DNA of 64,000 nucleotides from Eledone cirrhosa. Lineage: Eukaryota. Shown here piece after piece: positions 1-14,814 of this stretch. Each line of letters begins with the position of its first letter. The stretch's first letter is position 1. The position numbers and the translations under genes were made by a program. Below the pieces are notes generated by a model, which saw only the letters and a program-made list of their open reading frames with translations, had not been told where the DNA came from and ran no database searches. Location: the NCBI GenBank assembly GCA_964016885.1, contig OZ024743.1, positions 96,968,001-97,032,000 of the forward strand, written 5' to 3'.

Positions 1-92
1 TTTTGAAATGTGGTTTTGTAGGTACTGTAAATAAGCCACATTCTGGTTTTTCATGTATTTTCTTGGAAAAACGTTTGACTTATAAATAAGCA

Positions 93-148
<56 letters not shown>

Positions 149-154
149 TATATA

Positions 155-474
155 GAGTATCCGACCTCCCATGGGTACATGCTGAAGCATATAAACAATA
201 TGCCCCCACACCCCCCACCGCAAGGTGGTCGTGGAGGTGCCACGGCAAAAAAGCACCCAGCCCACACTGTAAAGTGGACGTGTAGGCGTCACGAAAAAGC
301 ACCCAGCACTCACTGTAAATGAGGTTGGTGTCAGGAAGGGCATCCAGCTGTAGAAATCAAGCCAGATCAGTTCCTGTATGAGCAAGGCATGGTCAGCCGA
401 CCAGACACGGCCCACAACAGGACAACCCGTCTAACCCATGCTAGCGTGGAAGAACGGACGTGATGTGATGATGA
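155..474 (+). mobile_element. SINE family A (5'-truncated; ~48-nt internal subrepeats, RTE-type tail, (GAT)n end)
   Basis: Shares GGTTGGTGTTAGGAAGGGCATCCAGCTGTAGAAA and the CCCATGCTAGCGTGGAAGAACGGACGT-(GAT)n tail with copies at 11166, 18005, 24751 and 58763. Confidence 0.8.
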
Positions 475-1856
<1,382 letters not shown>

Positions 1857-2237
1857 AGTATTAAGGGTACTATTTATGGCTATGTATGCAATAAAACCTT
1901 TAATGGTAATATATTATATATACACAAACCCTAAATAGTGAAAGACAGTAATTCATTACTATCCTATTACCAGTAAGATAAATAGCTCAATGTAATAACA
2001 TCAGTTGTTTTACAGAGCAGTTATATAGAGATTACAATAATCAAAGTTCAGTTTAAGTCATTTATTTGCATACAATTGTTTCCTCCAAACCGAGGTTTGG
2101 ATTCTTCGGAGCAACTATTTACTGATCTATAACATACTTGACCTCCTTTTCAACCCAAGAGACACATAAAACATATGCGCATATTGATCAACAGTGGGGT
2201 GACATTCATCAAATGATATAGCAAATGATTATTGTAA

Positions 2238-2243
<6 letters not shown>
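1857..2243 (-). mobile_element. Non-coding PLE-type terminal fragment, family P3, tandem copy 1
   Basis: Near-identical to 3043-3430 and homologous in reverse to 60800-61181; contains an HHR motif followed by AATAAA on the minus strand; flanked by (TA)n. Confidence 0.7.
2066..2114 (-). ncRNA. Minimal type I hammerhead-like motif, variant core CCGAAGA
   Basis: Minus strand TTGCT-CCGAAGA-ATCCAAACC TC GGTTTGGAG-GAAA-CAATTG-TA-TGCAA; palindromic stem III; one mismatch each in stems I and II. Confidence 0.65.
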
Positions 2244-3940
<1,697 letters not shown>

Positions 3941-3941
<1 letters not shown>

Positions 3942-4021
3942 TAGGGTGGCCGAAATGTCATTAGGAGATTTTATATATATTATATTTTGAAATGGTCTAG
4001 TTACTTTTGAGCCATTCTGTA
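3941..4021. mobile_element. Degenerate Tc1/mariner-type MITE
   Basis: Imperfect TIRs TAGGGTGGCCGAAATGTCATTAG / CTAGTTACTTTTGAGCCATTCTGTA; TA flanks. Confidence 0.45.
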
Positions 4022-4045
4022 AGTGTGTGTGTATATATATATATA

Positions 4046-4080
<35 letters not shown>

Positions 4081-4711
4081 GCAATTTTATTGAAATGTAA
4101 GTATGTATGTCATTAATGTTTCACACAATATGCATTCTATCAGTTTCTTTATTCAATATTAAGGTCAGTGAGTGATTCAATTATGAAACACTGGTATAAG
4201 GATTTTATATCCTATTCCTTAATACTGCAAAGTTACTATTTGTGCCAGTCAATGAAATAAACATCTGTAATATACATTGGTTATTTGATTTCCTGAATGT
4301 TAGGCTTGAAATATACTACTTCACATTACAGATTATATTATTGTCTGCCTGGGAGCAAAAAAAGAATTAGCTTATTGTTATATATATTAAATTCAAAAGC
4401 AAGTACTGAGGATGGGCTAAGTTTGAAAAAACATCCTCAATAAGCATATAATTTTATTTATTGTAAATATTTTACCCCTTTCTAATTTATTTTGATTTAT
4501 TACGTCCTGATAATATTTTACATATTTTTAACAAAATTTTTGCTGCTCATTTTGTTTATAATATCAACACTCTCATATGTAGTTTGTCACATAAAATAGT
4601 TGGAAATAATCAAATCTATCATTTTACTACAGTCATATAGTCTGATATAAAGAGTGTTAGAACAGTTTGTATCATTATCACATAAAGTAGAGTAACAAAC
4701 AACATTGTAAA

Positions 4712-4864
4712 CGGTGGTTGGTGTTAGGAAGGGCATCCAGCCGTAGAAAACCCGCCAGACAGTCTTATACGAGCAAGACAACCAATCTTGCCTCAAGTGG
4801 GAAAATTCCCTTCCAAACCCATGCAAGCGTGGAAGATGGATGTTAAACGATGATGATGATGATT
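4712..4864 (+). mobile_element. SINE family A 3' part (tail variant)
   Basis: Same core and tail as 32140-32431 and 58667-58762, ending in (GAT)n. Confidence 0.75.
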
Positions 4865-5270
4865 GCTTGTGGTTATACATCAAATTATCTTCTCTTTAAT
4901 TTGTGGATCTTTTGGCAATTGACACCCCAATTTGTGCTGAGGAGGACAAGTGAATATTTGGTTGTAGAGGCAAGGTGTAAAGTTGTGTACATGCATACTT
5001 TCTCACTTTTCTTGTTGGTGTTGAATGCATTTCTGCCCTTGTCCTTAAAACCTTTACCAACAGGGAGAATGCTGAAGTAAATGGCTAGTCGCAATGCCTT
5101 CCAATCTTGAAAAGGTTACTCCTCTTCAATGTGGTCTTCAAACCAGTTTTTTGGTCCTCCGGCCAGGCAATGGCCATGCTGTAGCTGTGTACTAGATGTC
5201 TGAACCATCTCAGTTGCTGTCTATATAGTATGGATTCTATGCTGGTAGTAAGCTGTTGTTTTAGTGATAC
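4865..5270 (-). mobile_element. Degenerate RTE-clade LINE 3' end
   Basis: Frameshifted translation TSIESILYRQQLRWFRHLV...LQHGHCLAGGPKNWFEDH resembles the RTE RT C-terminus at 15340-15645. Confidence 0.6.
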
Positions 5271-6166
5271 AGTTAAGGGTTTTGTATTGAACTAGAGAGC
5301 CATCTATTCTGAAACTACTTTAAATTTGATATACTATATAGATAAATATGTTAAAAACAAAACAAAAAGAGAGACTACAGGTTAACTTAAAACCAAGCCT
5401 ATCTATGTTTTTTACTATATTTACATGAAGCTGTTTAGTAAACGATAGTGTTTGTAAAAGTATCAGTTTCAAATGTGTTTCAGCTTTCTTTGTAGACTTT
5501 CATGTCGTTTGCAAATAATCAGATAAATGTTGCTTTGTGTTCCCGGTGGACAGAATGGCAAATCTCTGGAGAATAGTGAAGATGAGCTGAAAGAACCAGT
5601 TCATCTGACAGGGCTCATTTTTGTGGATGGCCATCTCTATCCCAAAGTAGGGAGATAGTTCAAAGACAAAGGAAACCAGATGTTTCCACTGCATCAGCAA
5701 AAATGCATCAGCAAAAATTGTTTATTAATGCAAGATTATAAGGTTTCTTAAACTTGTGTGCTGTTGGGAAAACAGTTTTCTGGCATTTTGAACTGAAACT
5801 TTCTTGAGAGAAAAAGGGTGAAAGAAAGAAAAAAAGAGAGAAAGGTTTGTGCAACCTTCTTAGTTTAGTGAATTTAAATATATGAAAAAAATAGTTTCTG
5901 AAATTAAGTATATGGGATTTATTTTTATGAAATAATGTTCAAGTTTATTTTACTGTAATGTCCAACTAACTCTATTTCAGTATTCATTGCATGTAACAGA
6001 GCAATACTGAGTTGTTTCAGTTAAGATAATTATTTAGCTTTATGCATTGTATTTGTCCACTTTTTCACATTAAAGTATACTTGAGAGTCTCTACACCTCA
6101 TTTACATCTCTCTCAGTTCTACTTCTGGAACACAGAAATTAATATTTTCTATCAGCAATTTTGTTT

Positions 6167-6340
<174 letters not shown>

Positions 6341-6509
6341 AATGTAATCTGAGTTTTTCGAATATTAATAATAACATTTGATTCGGTTGCAATTTGGCAA
6401 ACAAGCCTCAATTTTAAAGCCATGTCAGTAGAATGAATCCTTCATTCTTGCCCTTGTGTTGGCATGTGAACAGAACTGCAGACACTGTATGTGTATATAT
6501 ATTTTTAAG

Positions 6510-6712
6510 GAACAATCGACTTTCGTCAAATCGGACCGAGGAAACAATGTTCCCGGTGGTCTTTCCAGTTGCTAGTACTATCTATCGGTCGCAACTCCAG
6601 GTAGAAGGAGCAACATGAAATAAGTGCCTTACTCAAAGACATAACGCATCGCCCGGTCCAGGAATCGAACTCACAACCTCAAGATTGTGAATCCAATTCT
6701 CTAGCCACACAC

Positions 6713-6716
<4 letters not shown>
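6510..6716 (-). mobile_element. tRNA-derived CORE-like SINE head
   Basis: Minus strand B-box GAGTTCGATTCC followed by CTTTGAGTAAGGCACTTATTTCATGTTGCTCC; homologous to the heads at 11166 and 24751. Confidence 0.65.
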
Positions 6717-6768
<52 letters not shown>

Positions 6769-6933
6769 ATATATATATATATATATATACCATATATATA
6801 TATATATGTAGGAGGTGAGTTTTATTGTAGTACAATAAAGCAATGCAGATATCGGATAAGAAGCACTCTACAATTTGTAGGACTGGAGTATACATAATAT
6901 AAGATCAAAAGATGGTTAAAGGAGTTCCATGTA

Positions 6934-7000
6934 TTTTATTATGCGCATTTCAAAAACAAACATCATCATGCAATAATATTTGTGTTTTCATCAGATAAAA
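6934..7000 (-). ncRNA. Type I hammerhead ribozyme (P1 left arm)
   Basis: Exact reverse complement of 11010-11076. Confidence 0.88.
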
Positions 7001-8000
7001 CAGGAGAACATGATATGAAGGCTAAAAAACACTTGTGGATAGTGCAGTTTTAAATCAACATATGAAAAGTGGTTTTAGATTGATGTGTGATATTGGGAAA
7101 AATATTTTATTTAGAGAGGGGGGGTGGAAAGGATGAAAAAGGGGAGGAGATGAGGGGGAGAGATGGGTGATAGAGAGAAAGAGATAGTTTTTATAACTGA
7201 GAGGAGATATATTGTTTTACATAGAGAGGTTGAAAACCGTTGGAAGATAATGTATAAATTAAAAAAAATTTGAAAATTAACGAAGGGAGGATATGTGCGA
7301 GGAAAAAGTATTTTATTTAGGGAGGGGGGGGTGGAAAGGATGAAAAAAGGGGGAGGAGATGAGAGTGAAGGTGGAGAGGGAGAGATGGGTGATAGAGAGA
7401 AAGAGATAGTTTTTATAACTGAGAAAAAGATATATTGTTTTTACATAGAGAGGTTGAGAACCGTTGGAAGATAATGTATAAATTAAAGGAATTTGAAAAT
7501 TAACGAAGGGAATTTATGTATGAAGATAGAGAGAAAAAATAATAATTGTGGATGAATATTCTAACGTCAAAAAAGGGTATGTTGATAAGTATTGTGGCAA
7601 TTTCAAAATTAACGAAGAGAAAAATTATTAAGGATTTGAGAAAAATAACGTGAAGTTAAAGTTTGTATATTGAAGGAATTGATAATATATGCGAATAAAG
7701 AGTTAATATGTATTAAGAATGAGTTCGTTGATGGGGAGAAAAAAATAATAAATTAAGGATGAAATTGAGATTAAAAAGATTTATGATAGAGAGAAAAAAA
7801 TAATAATGATTGCGGATGAATATTCTAACGTCAAAAATACAAATGTATATGTTATGAAGGATTTTACAAGGTGAAGATAGAATGAGGGTAATGGGTAAAC
7901 AAGTATTATAGGAAGTATGGTAGGAAGATGGGTATATTTTAAAGAGGTGTATGTATATGTGCCTTTGAGAAAAGATTCTAAATTGATAAAGAATTGAATA

Positions 8001-9152
8001 TTAACTGTATACTTTGTGAAAAGTTCTATGGAATTTATGCAGGCAGATAGAAAACAAATCTGTACGTCTATTTATTATAGAATCTAGGTTAGAGATAATG
8101 GTAAATTTTTCATTTAGGCAGAGATTACAGATTTTAGATAGAGAGCTGTTCAAGTATGAGGATGCAGAAGAAACCTTCTTCCAAAAGATGGTATATTTAA
8201 TGTTTTTGTCTTTTAAGGACCATATGAGTTCTGAGAGAGCAGTGTTGGTTCTTTTAAGTTTGTATTTGAAAGATGAATGATGATTATAGAGACGAGCTTT
8301 AAAAGAGGTGGAAGTGGAGCCAAAATAGGTGAAGGAATTGGTGGTAGTTATAATTTTACATTCATAAATTAAGTTTTTATCGAGACAATGGTTGTTGAGA
8401 GGACATTTATTTTTAATGCGGCAGTTGCAATTAGAGAGATTATTAATGAGTGACCTAGTGTTATCTATAGAAGGAATTGGATTGGAGAAGTTGTTTGCGA
8501 TAGGAATAATAGGAATAATAGTTTCTTAATTTAGAGTTGGATTATGAACATTTAGCGAAGTTGTGTTTGACGTTGTATTTGGGTTTACAGAAGTTAGCCT
8601 AGGGTTTACAATGACGTCGGGAGTATTATTACTGTTATTATGAAATTCAATGTTGGAAGGAAGAGATTTAGTATTTAGTATTTTATTGTTGTGTTTAGAG
8701 ATGATGTTGGAAATATTGGAGGATGTGGAATAAGAAAATTTGATGGTGTGTTTGTTAAATATTTTACTATAGATATGTGAGGGAGGGAAGCATTTATTTA
8801 AGGCACTAAAAAATAATTTAGGAATATTGTTATTAATAGAGATGGAGAAAGGAGCATTATACCAGATTATGTTTTTGTATCTAGGTCTTTTATTAAAATT
8901 ATTGGAATGATCATGATTAATTATTCTACTGTAAGTTTTTCTAGAATTTGTTTCTTTACTATATTTGATTTTATCTGCATAGCCGGCTTTAGAAAGTGCG
9001 TTATTATAGTAATTGGCGTTAGCATCAAAGATGTTTTTATTAGAGGATATGTTAGATATTCTTTTTCCAATATTACTAACTATAGCATTCTTGATATTGG
9101 TAGGATGGTTAGATTTAAAGTTAACATAATTTAGGTTCTCATTCCTCTCATA
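8001..9152 (-). pseudogene. PLE ORF fragment (RT thumb, Cys linker, GIY-YIG endonuclease) with one internal TAA at 8526-8528
   Basis: Hand translation YERNENLNYVNFKSNHPTNIKNAIVSNIGKRISNISSN...YNNALSKAGY...NIIWYNAPFS...IFNKHTIKFSYS...CNCRIKNKCPLNNHC...LIY...YFG...; 384 codons in one frame; no Met, so absent from the ORF track. Confidence 0.9.
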
Positions 9153-9976
9153 TTCCTAAATTATTTTTTAGTGCCTTAAATAAATGCTTCCCTCCCTCAC
9201 ATATCTATAGTAAAATATTTAACAAACACACCATCAAATTTTCTTATTCCACATCCTCCAATATTTCCAACATCATCTCTAAACACAACAATAAAATACT
9301 AAATACTAAATCTCTTCCTTCCAACATTGAATTTCATAATAACAGTAATAGTACTCCCGACGTCATTGTAAACCCTAGGCTAACTTCTGTAAACCCAAAT
9401 ACAACGTCAAACACAACTTCGCTAAATGTTCATAATCCAACTCTAAATCAAGAAACTATTATTCCTATTATTCCTATCGCAAACAACTTCTCCAATCCAA
9501 TTCCTTCTATAGATAACACTAGGTCACTCATTAATAATCTCTCTAATTGCAACTGCCGCATTAAAAATAAATGTCCTCTCAACAACCATTGTCTCGATAA
9601 AAACTTAATTTATGAATGTAAAATTATAACTAGCACCAATTCCTTCACCTATTTTGGCTCCACTTCCACCTCTTTTAAAGCTCGTCTCTATAATCATCAT
9701 TCATCTTTCAAATACAAACTTAAAAGAACCAACACTGCTCTCTCAGAACTCATATGGTCCTTAAAAGACAAAAACATTAAATATACCATCTTTTGGAAGA
9801 AGGTTTCTTCTGCATCCTCATACTTGAACAGCTCTCTATCTAAAATCTGTAATCTCTGCCTAAATGAAAAATTTACCATTATCTCTAACCTAGATTCTAT
9901 AATAAATAGACGTACAGATTTGTTTTCTATCTGCCTGCATAAATTCCATAGAACTTTTCACAAAGTATACAGTTAA
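9152..9976 (+). pseudogene. PLE ORF fragment, uninterrupted linker plus GIY-YIG endonuclease (inverted copy)
   Basis: 275 codons: IPKLFFSALNKCFPPSH...CNCRIKNKCPLNNHCLDKNLIYEC...YFGSTSTSFKARLYNHHSSF...TALSELIWSLKD...CNLCLNEK...NRRTDLFSICLH...stop. Confidence 0.92.
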
Positions 9977-11009
9977 TATTCAATTCTTTATCAATTTAGA
10001 ATCTTTTCTCAAAGGCACATATACATACACCTCTATAAAATATACCCATCTTCCTACCATACTTTAAAGGGCATTATACACTCTATAATACTTGTTTACC
10101 CATTACCCTCATTCTATCTTCACCTTGTAAAATCCTTCATAACATATACATTTGTATTTTTGACGTTAGAATATTCATCCGCAATCATTATTATTTTTTT
10201 CTCTCTATCATAAATCTTTTTAATCTCAATTTCATCCTTAATTTATTATTTTTTTCTCCCCATCAACGAACTCATTCTTAATACATATTAACTCTTTATT
10301 CGCATATATTATCAATTCCTTCAATATACAAACTTTAACTTCACATTATTTTTCTCAAATCCTTCTACACACAAACCTTAATAATTTTTCTCTTCGTTAA
10401 TTTTGAAATTGCCACAATACTTATCAACATACCCTTTTTTGACGTTAGAATATTCATCCACAATTATTATTTTTTCTCTCTATCTTCATACATAAATTCC
10501 CTTCGTTAATTTTCAAATTCCTTTAATTTATACATTATCTTCCAACGGTTCTCAACCTCTCTATGTAAAAACAATATATCTTTTTCTCAGTTATAAAAAC
10601 TATCTCTTTCTCTCTATCACCCATCTCTCCCTCTCCACCTTCACTCTCATCTCCTCCCCCTTTTTTCATCCTTTCCACCCCCCCTCCCTAAATAAAATAC
10701 TTTTTCCTCGCACATATCCTCCCTTCGTTAATTTTCAAATTTTTTTTAATTTATACATTATCTTCCAACGGTTTTCAACCTCTCTATGTAAAACAATATA
10801 TCTCCTCTCAGTTATAAAAACTATCTCTTTCTCTCTATCACCCATCTCTCCCCCTCATCTCCTCCCCTTTTTCATCCTTTCCACCCACCCCCTCTCTAAA
10901 TAAAATATTTTTCCCAATATCACACATCAATCTAAAACCACTTTTCATATGTTGATTTAAAACTGCACTATCCACAAGTGTTTTTTAGCCTTCATATCAT
11001 GTTCTCCTG

Positions 11010-11076
11010 TTTTATCTGATGAAAACACAAATATTATTGCATGATGATGTTTGTTTTTGAAATGCGCATAATAAAA
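11010..11076 (+). ncRNA. Type I hammerhead ribozyme (P1 right arm)
   Basis: TTTTAT-CTGATGA-[16-bp stem II with 1 mismatch and G-U pairs, GCAT loop]-GAAA-TGCGCA-TA-ATAAAA; predicted cut after 11070; overlaps AATAAA. Confidence 0.9.
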
Positions 11077-11108
11077 TACATGGAACTCCTTTAACCATCT
11101 TTTGATCT

Positions 11109-11165
<57 letters not shown>

Positions 11166-11168
<3 letters not shown>

Positions 11169-11553
11169 GCACATGGCTTTGTTGTGGTTAGAGCATTGGC
11201 CTTGCAATCGAAAGGTTGTGAGTTCAATTCTCAGACCAGGTGATGTGTTGTTTCCTTGAGCAAGACACTTTATTTCACATTGCTCCAGTTTACTCAGCTG
11301 TAGAAATGAGATGATAGGGACTGGGGTCCATATTATTCCACTATAAAGTGGTCGTGGAGGTGCCACGGCAAAAAAAAGCAGCCTGCCCACACTGTAAAGT
11401 GGACGTGTAGGCGCCACAGAAAAAAAGCATCGAGTACTCACTGTAAATGAGGTTGGTGTTAGGAAGGGCATCCAGCTGTAGAAATCAAGCCAGAATCAGT
11501 TCCTGTCCCACCCTTGCAAGCAGGGAAAAGCGGACGTATGATGATGATGATGA
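11166..11553 (+). mobile_element. Full-length SINE family A (tRNA head, CORE-like domain, RTE tail)
   Basis: A- and B-box-like head (GAGTTCAATTC); CCTTGAGCAAGACACTTT...CAGTTTACTCAGCTGTAGAAATGAG; tail matches the RTE 3' end at ~35225-35282. Confidence 0.85.
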
Positions 11554-11909
11554 TATATATAAATATGTATGTATATATATAAATATGTATGTATATATAT
11601 AAATATGTATGTATATATAAATATGTATGTATATATATAAATATGTATATATATATATATATCTTACATTATCACATAGGGAATAATTTTATAGTTACCA
11701 TTCAACCAATTAACCAATCAATAGGTCTATATATGATATTCTTTTTCAAATAAATATTGCAATTAGTTTGATTAATTTTAATTTCATTCAGTTGTTATTT
11801 TCTATCTGTTTGTGTATGTTTTGCTGGAATTTGTTTATGGTTATGTACCTAACGACTATGTTGACTTGAATAGCATACACTCACACACACACACATATAT
11901 ATATATATA

Positions 11910-12278
11910 AAACGAAGGAAGTGTGGTAAGGAACCAGATGGACCATAATGCACGAGAGTACTCGATACTTTGGGTAGTAGAGTGGGTAATAGGAAAAGGT
12001 TCAGGACACTGACGGCAGAGCTCAAGCCGTTTCAACGGCTATTTCTGGACTATTTTTGGTCCAGAAATAGCCATCAAAATGGCTTGAGCTCTGCCGTAGA
12101 AGAGAGATGGTTTTATGTGTACATCTTAAAACCATCTCTCTTCTTCATAATATTGAAACTCTGGTTGGTACCCTATCGATAACTTTCTAAGAAATACAAT
12201 CGTAGAGTTCTTTATGCCTGTTTACGAAAAAAGTCAGTGGATTATCTGATCAACCAACTTTCCTAAATTGAATAATAC
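11910..12278 (-). mobile_element. Fold-back element, family P4, with an HHR 3' half
   Basis: Hairpins at 12012-12097 and 12098-12144; minus strand GAAA-CGGC-TTGAGCTCT-GCCG-TC; homologous to 18439-18590 and 58258-58302. Confidence 0.6.
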
Positions 12279-12330
12279 ACGCACACATATATATATATAT
12301 TCTTTTTTTTTTTTTCATTACCATTACAAA

Positions 12331-12426
12331 GGGTCTGATGAGCCGCGGATTACAGAGTCGGGTCAGATCGATACAGATCGAACCTTGAGCTGATCAGTGA
12401 TGAAACGCGCATCACCAACCAATAAA
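12331..12426 (+). ncRNA. Degenerate type I hammerhead with long stem II, followed by AATAAA
   Basis: GGT-CTGATGA-GCCGCGGAT...ATCAGTGAT-GAAA-CGCGCA-TC-ACC..AATAAA; several deviations fit CpG decay. Confidence 0.6.
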
Positions 12427-13118
12427 CGTAATGAAGGAGTAACCAATCGTCTTTGTTATTTTATTTCACTATAATACACTCTGTCTAACTCTACACCTCG
12501 ACACTGAAGTGAACCTAAACATCGAGTGCTCGCCCGGGCGAACCTACAGTATCTAAGTTACACTCCCTGGATATATATATATACATACATGTATGCATGT
12601 CTGTATACATAATTAAAAGAAACTCTGGCTTTCTTTATTTCATATGTGTGTCAAATAAGAGAAAAATATCAATTAATTCAGATCAACAAAGAATTCTAAC
12701 TCCAAAACCAATTTCCCTTTGTTGAAAAACATTCACTTCTTGTAATATGTTTCCAAATGGATTAGAAGAACTGTGAGTAGCAATATCAAAGAAGTATTTC
12801 TTTGTATGTCATTAATACTGCAGCATTCACATCGAATAAGGGTAAAAATCTATACTTGGCTCTTGTGAAATATTTCATTGTTTGATGCAGTTGATACATT
12901 TTCATTCATAGTATCATTTTCAAACTAACACAAAAAAGAAAATATTTGCATTTCTTTTTTAAAAGATTTAGCAGGCATCGTTACTGTCAGTAATATGGCA
13001 CAAAGCGATTCCAAAGTTCTGTTATTTGGTGATGCAATTCTGCTAATAAATATTAAAGATTATAATGATAATGATAAAAAAAAGCTTTACGCACAAGTAG
13101 GATTTCAGTGTAAATGCT

Positions 13119-13381
13119 GGATATGAGAACATTATACATGTAAATACTTTCACCGAAGCACTACATATATAGCCTGGGATATGAGAACATGTAAATACTC
13201 TCACAGAAGCACTGCATATAGCCTGGGATATGAGAACATGTAAATACTCTCACAGAAGCACTACATATAGCCTGGGATATGAGAACATGTAAATACTCTC
13301 ACAGAAGCACTACATATAGCCTGAGGATATGAGAACATGTAAATACTCTCACAGAAGCACTACATATAGCCTGAGGATATG
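13119..13381. repeat. 49-50 bp minisatellite, about 5 copies
   Basis: Unit GGATATGAGAACATGTAAATACTCTCACAGAAGCACTACATATAGCCTG. Confidence 0.95.
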
Positions 13382-13910
13382 CATGGAACTTGAATCCTCT
13401 TCATGTATATACAATACCCTATACATATAAACTCAACAGAGGTGAATCTTAACACCTCTGCATGTATAAAGCATATGTATGTGAACTCTACAGAAGTAAT
13501 CTCTATTTAAATAAATGAACCATTACATGATTGGTTTGCTTACTAGAAATAGCAGCCAAATATATTTCATCACACTTAAGAATAGAACATTTGGAATACT
13601 TCAAGACGTAATCTTGTCATGGCTGAAATGTTCATTTAGGGCAGAATTAAATCTAAACAAAAATTTACATAAAACCTAGATAGGTTCATCCAAAGCAAGC
13701 CAATGAGAAAACCTTTATGTGGGGATGTAATTTGCTAGAAATAGAAGCCAAATCTCACTTCAATCACATGCTTCTGTATTAAAAGGTTTAGGATACATTA
13801 ACTAATGCAATCCTAGGTATCTCTGATAATAAAGATGGCTGGAAAATCTTCATTTTCAGTAGGTCAAGCTGGATTAGGGTTACAGAGACTAATGCAATAA
13901 GGTTTGTATA

Positions 13911-14012
13911 TAATTGTTTCTACTTTAGGCACAAGGCCAGCAATTACCCAGTGTATTATTGGTACTTTATTTTATCGACCCTGTAAGGATGAAAGGCAAA
14001 GTCAACCTCGGT
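13911..14012 (-). mobile_element. SINE family B 3' part
   Basis: GAGGTTGACTTTGCCTTTCATCCTTACAGGGTCGATAAAATAAAGTACC on the minus strand; at least 8 copies in the window. Confidence 0.8.
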
Positions 14013-14669
14013 TGCATACTTTACATATGCAATATCTTTAAATATAAAATATACATGTGGATTCCCCCCACTACCACCACCACTTCTCACATGTATTAAA
14101 CTCTGAGAGACTAACATTGCAAGATTACTGACCACATGACTATGACCACTGAATTTTACACATTCCTTCAACCTCAAAGTCAAACTAAGCACATAACTGC
14201 TTGTTTTATTGAGGCTTGTCAGATAAGTCATGTAATAGTTTCTACTCCTACTTCATGGTTAAATGATTTAACAATAGAAAAAGGCATCCAGCTGTAAAAA
14301 CAAACAATTATTTGCTTCAACATGAAACAAAGAAAAAAAGACAACCAAAGCAAAACAGCCAAACTATTCCTCCTTCCCATGCAAGCATGAAGAGATGAAT
14401 GTAAAACAGAGAAAATTGTATGTGCTAGAAATATAAATCCATTAAATGCAATGTGTACACATGTAAGAGAATGCACCTTGATTATATGTGCAAATTTGCT
14501 TAACTCTGATTACAAATTCAATTGGAAATGAGTTGATGTTGAGTTCTCTTGTACTTTTGTACTCTAGATAATTCTTATTTGTTTCCCTCTCTCTACTCTC
14601 TCTTGTCCATAAATCTTTCTATCTATATTTATTAATATTCAGGAATGCCTACATACATACATATATAGA

Positions 14670-14773
14670 TACATGATGGCTGCCCCCTCGTTATCGAGTA
14701 TGGCCATTGCACGAAAAAAAAAATCAGAATAATGATAATAATAACAATAACAACAACAATAATAATAATAATA

Positions 14774-14814
<41 letters not shown>

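Larger units (their letters stand above)
6808..11115 (-). mobile_element. Penelope-like retroelement P1 (Naiad-type), 5'-truncated, with inverted duplication
   Basis: Arms 6894-8828 and ~9150-11115 are reverse complements with a ~320-bp spacer; RT-thumb and GIY-YIG reading frame; terminal HHR in each arm; (TA)n on both flanks. Confidence 0.92.

Noticed and set aside
5495-5700. Exon-like GC-richer stretch after TTCTTTGTAG
   Set aside because: Stops in all plus frames downstream of the acceptor, no recognisable protein and no clear donor
8098-9879. Identical 60-aa ORFs at 8098-8280 (+) and 9697-9879 (-), and ORFs 8907-9134 and 23174-23416
   Set aside because: Antisense shadows of the PLE reading frames
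8001-9976. Selenocysteine recoding, reported for some Naiad PLEs
   Set aside because: No in-frame TGA in either PLE frame; the only internal stop is TAA and is CAA in the other arm
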